54,189 nucleotides of DNA, taken from contig PBBW01000001.1 in NCBI GenBank assembly GCA_002716745.1, positions 1 through 54,189 of the forward strand, read 5' to 3'. The notes beneath the pieces are model-generated. The model ran no database searches. It was not told the origin of the DNA and worked only from the letters and a program-made list of their open reading frames with translations. The DNA comes from Gammaproteobacteria bacterium (GTDB lineage: Bacteria; Pseudomonadota; Gammaproteobacteria; Magnimaribacterales; TMED112). Shown here in pieces: positions 48,011 through 54,189 of the stretch (position 1 is its first letter; each line of letters starts with the position of its first letter). The translations under genes and the position numbers were made by a program.

Positions 48011-49150
48011 ATGAAAAATAACAAAAAAGTCATAGTTGGTATTTCTGGAGGGGTTGACTCATCAGTGTCTGCACTACTTCTTAAAGAAGCTGGATTCCAA
48101 GTGAAAGGTATATTCATGAAAAACTGGACGAATACAGCATCAAACATTGAATGCACTTCAGAGGTAGACTTTAAGGATGCAGAAAAGGTATGCGATCAAC
48201 TTGACATTCCCCTCCACCAAGCAAATTTTTCAGGAGAATATTGGGAAAAAGTTTTTGAGAGTTTCCTTTCTGATCATAATAAGGGCTTGACTCCTAACCC
48301 AGATATTCTGTGCAATAAAGAGATTAAGTTTAGAGCATTCTTAGACTATTGTATTGATTCCGGTGCAGACTACATAGCGACTGGACATTACGTAAGAACA
48401 GAAAATATGGAGGAAAAATCCTTACTTTTTAGAGGTCGTGATAGTCAAAAAGATCAATCCTATTTTTTACATCAAGTCACAGGCAAAGATTTATCTAAAG
48501 CATTATTTCCACTAGGAGAGCTTACAAAAACACAGGTTAGAAAGATTGCTGAGGATAACAAACTTATCACCTCTAACAAAAAGGATTCAGTTGGAATCTG
48601 TTTTATTGGAAAAAATAAATACAACGATTTTATTTCTAACTTCCTTGGGAAGGATCCAGGAAACATATTAGATGAAAGTGGTTTAGTTTTGGGCTCTCAC
48701 AATGGATTGATGTATTTTACTCTTGGGCAAAGACAAGGTTTAGGTCTTGGTGGTATTAGAGGAAAAGAACAGGATTCTTGGTATGTAGCACATAAAGATA
48801 TTGAATCTAAAGAACTTACAGTTGTTCAAAGCAATAGCCATGATTTGCTATACAGCGAAGGATGTTATGTAGAAGATGTTCATTGGATAAACCCAATCGA
48901 AGAAAATAATTTCGAATGTGATGTTCAAATCAGATATAAATCAAATCCTATCAAATCCCGCATTCAGAAAATTAATGGAGGTTACAAGATTATATTTTCA
49001 ATACCTCAACTTGCTGTAACACCTGGACAGTCTGCTGTAATATACACTGGCAACCAATGTCTTGGAGGCTCAGTGATAAGGGAAAGAATTTCACAGGACT
49101 TTTATAACTGGGCAACAAAACGGGGGTATAATTACAAAACTTATGAATGA
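48011..49150 (+). CDS. mnmA: tRNA-specific 2-thiouridylase MnmA
   Basis: VGISGGVDSSVSA PP-loop, KDQSYFL, and the GICFIG catalytic Cys region. Confidence 0.9.
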   Translation: MKNNKKVIVGISGGVDSSVSALLLKEAGFQVKGIFMKNWTNTASNIECTSEVDFKDAEKVCDQLDIPLHQANFSGEYWEKVFESFLSDHNKGLTPNPDILCNKEIKFRAFLDYCIDSGADYIATGHYVRTENMEEKSLLFRGRDSQKDQSYFLHQVTGKDLSKALFPLGELTKTQVRKIAEDNKLITSNKKDSVGICFIGKNKYNDFISNFLGKDPGNILDESGLVLGSHNGLMYFTLGQRQGLGLGGIRGKEQDSWYVAHKDIESKELTVVQSNSHDLLYSEGCYVEDVHWINPIEENNFECDVQIRYKSNPIKSRIQKINGGYKIIFSIPQLAVTPGQSAVIYTGNQCLGGSVIRERISQDFYNWATKRGYNYKTYE

Positions 49151-50495
49151 GACTCATGTGAGGAACTTATCTCCTCTGGATGGAAGGTATCACGATAAAA
49201 CAAAAGTAACTCGTGAGATTTTTTCTGAGCACGGCCTAATCGTTGCGCGGGTTAAGTCTGAAGTTTCTTGGCTCATGTTCTTCTTAGAAAATTTTCAAAA
49301 GGATTTATTAACACCTCAAACTAAAAAACAGCTTGAGGATATATTGCTTAACCCATCTGATGAAATAGTGCTTAGAGTAAAAGAAATTGAGAAAAAAACT
49401 AATCATGATGTAAAGGCAGTAGAGCTTGCTATAGCTGAACATTTCGATGGCGACGAAAAGATACAAAGTTTAATACACATATTCCTAACCTCAGAGGATA
49501 TTAATAGCCTTAGTTACTCCATCATGCTCCAAAACATAGTGAACTCCTTTCAAAAAATGTTTACTGATCTTTCAAAGATCATTGAAGAAAAAGCTAATAA
49601 ATATTCTGATTTAGCAATGATGGCAAGGACACATGGGCAGGCCGCTACCCCTACCACTTTAGGCAAAGAATTGAATGTTTTTAGTCAAAGATTAATAACA
49701 CAACTCAAAATACTTAAAGAACAAAAAGTTTATGCAAAATGGGGAGGAGCCACAGCAAACTATAATCCTCACCTTTTAGCATACCCAGATAGCGATTGGC
49801 TTGAAATTTCAAAATCTTTTTTAAGTAAACATAAAGTTAATCTTACAGAGGTTTCCACGCAAATTGAGCCTCACGATTATATGGCAGATATCTTTCAAAA
49901 TATTGTGCGCCTTAATAATATTTTGCTAGATCTTTCACAGGATTTGTGGACCTACATTTCATTGGATTATTTCAAACTAAAGATGGTTGGAGATGAAGTT
50001 GGGTCCTCAACAATGCCTCATAAAGTTAATCCAATTGATTTTGAAAATGCCGAAGGAAATCTTGGGTTATCAAATGCAATTTTTTCTCATCTAGCTGATA
50101 AGCTTACCCAGTCTAGGTTGCAAAGGGACTTATCAGATTCAACCGTTTTAAGAAACATTGGGTCAGCATTTGGTTACTGTGAAATATCAATCAATTCACT
50201 TCTCAAAGGACTTAAAAAACTTGAGGCCAACAAAGAAAAAATAAGTTTGGATCTATCAGATAGATATGAACTTTTAGCTGAGCCACTTCAATGCTTTTTA
50301 AGGCTTGAGGGCAAAAAAAATGCTTACAATTTAGTTAAAAAAATAAGTAGAGGTAAAGTGCTCAATAAGGAGATTTACCAAGAAGCTGTAAATTCACTTG
50401 TAGACAAAGAGGAATATCGAAACATTCTTCTTAAATTGAAGCCTAGCACTTACGTTGGGCTTGCCGAGATGCTTGCTAAAAAGGGAGAATTATGA
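49143..50495 (+). CDS. purB: Adenylosuccinate lyase
   Basis: LSPLDGRY start and the GSSTMPHKVNP signature loop. Confidence 0.95.
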   Translation: MNETHVRNLSPLDGRYHDKTKVTREIFSEHGLIVARVKSEVSWLMFFLENFQKDLLTPQTKKQLEDILLNPSDEIVLRVKEIEKKTNHDVKAVELAIAEHFDGDEKIQSLIHIFLTSEDINSLSYSIMLQNIVNSFQKMFTDLSKIIEEKANKYSDLAMMARTHGQAATPTTLGKELNVFSQRLITQLKILKEQKVYAKWGGATANYNPHLLAYPDSDWLEISKSFLSKHKVNLTEVSTQIEPHDYMADIFQNIVRLNNILLDLSQDLWTYISLDYFKLKMVGDEVGSSTMPHKVNPIDFENAEGNLGLSNAIFSHLADKLTQSRLQRDLSDSTVLRNIGSAFGYCEISINSLLKGLKKLEANKEKISLDLSDRYELLAEPLQCFLRLEGKKNAYNLVKKISRGKVLNKEIYQEAVNSLVDKEEYRNILLKLKPSTYVGLAEMLAKKGEL

Positions 50496-52069
50496 GCGTA
50501 GAATTTAATTTTGAAATACCTGGTGATACTGAAAAAATTTTCACTGATGATGCACTAAAGTTTTTAGAGCATTTGCACAATAAGTTTGATGGGAAAATAA
50601 AAGAAGTTCTGAAAAACAGAGCAATTAAACAGGAAAAATTTAACCAAGGCAATTTGCCAAATTTTTTATCCGAAACAAAAGATATTAGAGAATCTAATTG
50701 GAAAGTTCGAAATATACCCAACGATATTCTAGACAGACGAGTTGAAATCACAGGCCCTGTTGATAGAAAAATGATAATTAATGCTTTGAATTCCGACGTT
50801 AAGGTATTTATGGCTGACTTTGAGGACTCACTTAGCCCTACTTGGGAAAATGTCGCTCTAGGGCAGTTGAATTTATATGATGCTGTTAGGAAAACAATTA
50901 CTTTTGAAAATCCAGATAACAATAAAAAATATAAGTTAAACGATGAAACAGCAATATTGATGTGTCGGGTAAGGGGTTTACATCTTATTGAAAAGGGAAT
51001 GAAAATAAATGAACAGAGTCCTTATGGTTGTCTTTGTGATTTTGGTCTCTTTCTTTTTCATAATGCAAAAGAATTAATAAACAATGGTTCAGGGCCTTAC
51101 TTTTATATACCAAAACTTCAATCGCATTTGGAAGCAAGACTTTGGAATGAAGTAATTGATTACTCGGAGGACTATTTAAACCTTCCTAGAGGAACAGTAA
51201 GAGTCACGTGTCTCATTGAGACCCTTCCTGCAGTATTTGAAATGGATGAAATTTTATTTGAACTAAAAGAACATATAGTTGGACTTAATTGCGGTAGATG
51301 GGACTATATTTTTAGTTATATAAAGACATTTCAAAACTCTCCCGATCGTCTTTTACCAGACAGGTATCAAGTAGGTATGGCACAGCCATTTTTAAATGCA
51401 TATTCAAGGCTATTAATTAAAACCTGTCACAAAAGAGGTGCATTTGCTATGGGCGGTATGGCAGCATTTATTCCTTCCAAAGATCCTGAGGAGAACAAAG
51501 TTGTATCAGAAAAAGTCATGGCTGATAAATTACTAGAGACAAATAATGGTCATGACGGAACTTGGATTGCTCACCCAGGTCTTTCTGACATAGCAAATAA
51601 CGTTTTTTCAAACGCTTTTGAAGCAGGTAATACAAATCAACTACATGTTCTAAGAGAGGAAGATGAGATAACAGCAGATGATTTGATTGCTCCTTGTGAT
51701 GGAGATTTTACTGAAAATTGTTTTCGAGCAAATATAAGAGTTTCTTTGAGATATATTGAATCCTGGCTTAGAGGTGTTGGTTGCGTTCCTATTTATGGAC
51801 TTATGGAAGATGCAGCAACTGCAGAGATTTCAAGAAGTTCATTGTGGCAATGGGTTAAACATAAGGTTCAAATGGATACAGGAACAGAAGCAAACACTGA
51901 GACATTTGAAAAAATTCTTGATGAAGAATACAATGTTGTGCAAGAAGAGGTTGGGCAAACCACTTTGGATTCAGGTAAGTTCGTCGAAGCTAAATCCATC
52001 TTAAAAGATTTAGTATTGAGCGATGAATTAACTGATTTTCTCACATTGCCGGCGTATAGGAGTATATAG
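50492..52069 (+). CDS. aceB: Malate synthase A
   Basis: FMADFEDS, RVRGLHL, LNCGRWDYIFS and DGTWIAHPG motifs, 525 aa. ATGA overlap with the purB stop. Confidence 0.95.
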   Translation: MSVEFNFEIPGDTEKIFTDDALKFLEHLHNKFDGKIKEVLKNRAIKQEKFNQGNLPNFLSETKDIRESNWKVRNIPNDILDRRVEITGPVDRKMIINALNSDVKVFMADFEDSLSPTWENVALGQLNLYDAVRKTITFENPDNNKKYKLNDETAILMCRVRGLHLIEKGMKINEQSPYGCLCDFGLFLFHNAKELINNGSGPYFYIPKLQSHLEARLWNEVIDYSEDYLNLPRGTVRVTCLIETLPAVFEMDEILFELKEHIVGLNCGRWDYIFSYIKTFQNSPDRLLPDRYQVGMAQPFLNAYSRLLIKTCHKRGAFAMGGMAAFIPSKDPEENKVVSEKVMADKLLETNNGHDGTWIAHPGLSDIANNVFSNAFEAGNTNQLHVLREEDEITADDLIAPCDGDFTENCFRANIRVSLRYIESWLRGVGCVPIYGLMEDAATAEISRSSLWQWVKHKVQMDTGTEANTETFEKILDEEYNVVQEEVGQTTLDSGKFVEAKSILKDLVLSDELTDFLTLPAYRSI

Positions 52070-53353
52070 ATGAATTTAGAAAACCAGGTTGATGCTTTGA
52101 AAAAAGATTGGGCAGATAACCCTCGTTGGAAGCACGTTAAAAGACCATATTCTGCCGAAGAGGTAGTTAAGCTTAGAGGCTCTTTGCAGCCTGAATGTAC
52201 ACTCGCAAGAAAAGGATCTGAAAAGCTCTGGAACTATCTTTTTACAGAAGATTATATAAATTGTTTAGGTGCTTTAACTGGGGGACAGGCTGTTCAACAG
52301 GTAAAGGCTGGAGTAAAAGCAATTTATCTATCAGGGTGGCAAGTTGCCGCAGACAATAACTCTGCTGGCACAATGTACCCAGACCAATCGCTTTACCCAG
52401 TAGATTCAGTGCCTAAGGTTATCTCAAGAATTAATAATGCCTTCAGGAGAGCAGATCAAATAGAATGGATGAATACAAATGGAAGCCCAAGCACTGACTT
52501 TTTTGCACCAATAATTGCAGATGCTGAAGCAGGTTTTGGTGGCAACTTAAATGCATTTGAATTAATGAAAAGAATGATTGCTGCTGGAGCAGCTGGAGTC
52601 CATTTTGAGGATCAACTTGCAAGTGTAAAGAAATGTGGTCATCTTGGAGGAAAGGTTCTGGTACCAACCCAAGAGGCTGTTCAAAAACTCATCGCTGCGA
52701 GACTTGCAGCAGATGTTTCAAATACTCCGACAATTTTGATTGCTAGAACAGATGCAGATGCTGCAGATTTAGTCACTTCGGATGTAGATGAAAATGATAA
52801 GCCATTCCTGACTGGTGAAAGGACTTCTGAGGGTTTCTACAGAAGTGAAGCTGGCTTAGAACAAGCTATTTCTAGAGGCTTAGCATATGCACCCTATTCT
52901 GATCTTGTATGGTGTGAAACGTCCAAACCTGATCTGGAACAAGCCAAAACATTTGCTGAAGCCATTAAGAAAGATCATCCTGAAATTATGTTGGCTTATA
53001 ACTGCTCACCATCATTCAACTGGAAGAAGAATCTTGATGAAGCAACTATTTCAAAATTCCAAAAAGAACTTGGTGCCATGGGGTATAAATTTCAATTTAT
53101 TACTTTGGCAGGCATACATTCTATGTGGCACAGCATGTTTAGTCTTTCAAAAGAGTACGTTGCCGACGGTATGTCAGCATACGTGAAACTACAAGAACAA
53201 GAGTTTGCTGATGCTGACAAAGGTTATACATTTGTATCTCATCAACAGGAGGTTGGGACTGGATATTTTGATGCTGTGAATAACTGTATTCAGGGTGAAG
53301 AAAGCTCAACTTCAGCTTTAAGAGGCTCAACTGAGGAAGATCAATTTAATTAA
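52070..53353 (+). CDS. aceA: Isocitrate lyase
   Basis: KKCGHLGGK active-site loop, SGWQVAAD, 427 aa. Starts immediately after the aceB stop. Confidence 0.95.
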   Translation: MNLENQVDALKKDWADNPRWKHVKRPYSAEEVVKLRGSLQPECTLARKGSEKLWNYLFTEDYINCLGALTGGQAVQQVKAGVKAIYLSGWQVAADNNSAGTMYPDQSLYPVDSVPKVISRINNAFRRADQIEWMNTNGSPSTDFFAPIIADAEAGFGGNLNAFELMKRMIAAGAAGVHFEDQLASVKKCGHLGGKVLVPTQEAVQKLIAARLAADVSNTPTILIARTDADAADLVTSDVDENDKPFLTGERTSEGFYRSEAGLEQAISRGLAYAPYSDLVWCETSKPDLEQAKTFAEAIKKDHPEIMLAYNCSPSFNWKKNLDEATISKFQKELGAMGYKFQFITLAGIHSMWHSMFSLSKEYVADGMSAYVKLQEQEFADADKGYTFVSHQQEVGTGYFDAVNNCIQGEESSTSALRGSTEEDQFN

Positions 53354-53356
53354 AAA

Positions 53357-53635
53357 ATGATTACTGAAGCATCAATAGTTTTTCTTGGAATGGCAGTCAT
53401 GACCATGATTGCCTTTAACCTTAGTAACTCTCTAAGAGGTGCAATAAATCGAGGAGAAACTGTACGAAATGTTGCTAAGCTTTTTTGTTCAGGGTTCTGC
53501 ATTTTAGTGGCCAGTTTATTTTTAATCACTCATCTAGATCTAAGTTATGGCGCTCCAAAGACTTTAATTTTCTTTTTTCATTTCTTCATAATTACGTTTC
53601 AAATGGCAATGATTTGGTTTCCACCACCAAAATGA
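53357..53635 (+). CDS. Hypothetical small membrane protein
   Basis: Three hydrophobic segments, and begins 3 nt after aceA. No family recognised. Confidence 0.35.
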   Translation: MITEASIVFLGMAVMTMIAFNLSNSLRGAINRGETVRNVAKLFCSGFCILVASLFLITHLDLSYGAPKTLIFFFHFFIITFQMAMIWFPPPK

Positions 53636-53645
53636 TAAAAATAGA

Positions 53646-53831
53646 TTAAAGAAAACCAAAGAAAAATGGTGCCATTAGCGGTGCCAGTAGCACTATGCTA
53701 TACAAGAATATCGCACTATTTTTAGACAATTTTGATCCAAGCTTCTTTCTCAGTTTTAATGCGATGTATCCAAAGACAACCCAAAATCCGACAATAAATA
53801 TTGTCAAATATAATGCTTCCAGATTAGTCAT
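53646..53831 (-). CDS. Hypothetical small membrane protein (two TM segments)
   Basis: 61-aa ORF directly downstream of the nqrM-like ORF on the minus strand. Confidence 0.35.
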   Translation of the reverse strand: MTNLEALYLTIFIVGFWVVFGYIALKLRKKLGSKLSKNSAIFLYSIVLLAPLMAPFFFGFL

Positions 53832-53839
53832 ATAATTAA

Positions 53840-53998
53840 CTAGTCTTTGACTTTACCGCAAACATCACAAGACTCACCCTTAGACAGATAAACACCACCA
53901 CAGCTTGGACTTAAAGGTTTTTTTCTGAGAATTAACCCTATACCCATTCCAGCAATAGAAAGCGCCACAACGATAAAAGCCAATATAGTGTTGATCAT
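53840..53998 (-). CDS. nqrM: (Na+)-NQR maturation factor NqrM (DUF539), 52 aa, not in the supplied ORF track
   Basis: My translation is MINTILAFIVVALSIAGMGIGLILRKKPLSPSCGGVYLSKGESCDVCGKVKD*: one TM helix followed by SCGG...C..C, as in NqrM. Its ATG overlaps the apbE stop (ATGA). Confidence 0.65.
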   Translation of the reverse strand: MINTILAFIVVALSIAGMGIGLILRKKPLSPSCGGVYLSKGESCDVCGKVKD

Positions 53999-54189
53999 GG
54001 GAATATAGTACCCCAATTAGTCGATTGCATCGAGTTACCGTCATTTAAAATAAAAAACACTGCAAGATCATATCTTTCTGCTATTTTGATGCCCTCCTCT
54101 ATTCCAAGCACATACATTGCTGTTGCCCATGCGTCTGCTCTTGCAGCATCATTAGCTGCAACGCTTACAGAAAGTATATCTCGAGGGCC
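53995..54189 (-). CDS. apbE: FAD:protein FMN transferase ApbE, C-terminal part (the gene continues beyond the window)
   Basis: My translation is ...SVSVAANDAARADAWATAMYVLGIEEGIKIAERYDLAVFFILNDG...*, which matches the conserved ApbE C-terminus (ADA.aTAl.VLG). Confidence 0.7.
   Translation of the reverse strand, partial: GPRDILSVSVAANDAARADAWATAMYVLGIEEGIKIAERYDLAVFFILNDGNSMQSTNWGTIFP

Noticed and set aside
50476-50922. 148-aa antisense ORF opposite the purB/aceB junction. Similar shadow ORFs include 37726-38070, 6071-6388, 1288-1602, 12825-13142, 32264-32503 and 52887-53186
   Set aside because: All lie entirely within, and antisense or out of frame to, strongly supported conserved genes. Their composition is low-complexity, typical of shadow ORFs in AT-rich DNA.

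Overview
This is an AT-rich window (roughly one-third G+C by eye), very tightly packed and almost entirely housekeeping. Gene order is clearly gammaproteobacterial: (rpsP)-rimM-trmD-rplS, xerD-dsbC-prfB-lysS, nrdAB, rpoE/anti-sigma/HtrA, lepA-lepB-era-recO-acpS, rpmF-fabD-fabG-acpP-mltG-tmk-holB, gltBD, infA/clpSA/icd and mnmA-purB-aceBA. The small genes, many overlapping stop/start codons and missing cluster members suggest a streamlined, probably marine, genome such as a SAR86-like lineage; this is inference only. No mobile elements, CRISPR arrays, rRNA or tRNA genes were seen. The most interesting region is the 330-bp spacer between a porin-amtB operon (minus strand) and gltBD (plus strand). 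On the minus strand it carries a good match to the glutamine (glnA-type) riboswitch. Immediately upstream of that sit three back-to-back ~25-nt modules, each able to fold into a compact H-type pseudoknot, with fully compensatory loop/tail changes between modules. I cannot match this array to any known RNA class. Other notable points:
- an in-frame TGA in the essential gene trmD, while prfB keeps its canonical UGA-dependent +1 frameshift site
- a perfect inverted pair of DnaA boxes in front of ung
- tandem NrdR boxes plus a DnaA-like box in front of nrdAB
- an RseA-like anti-sigma factor whose periplasmic part resembles the RseB C-terminal domain
- a repetitive Ala/Glu/Pro tail on the ORF preceding rimM
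- an nqrM ORF below the 60-aa cut-off of the supplied ORF track
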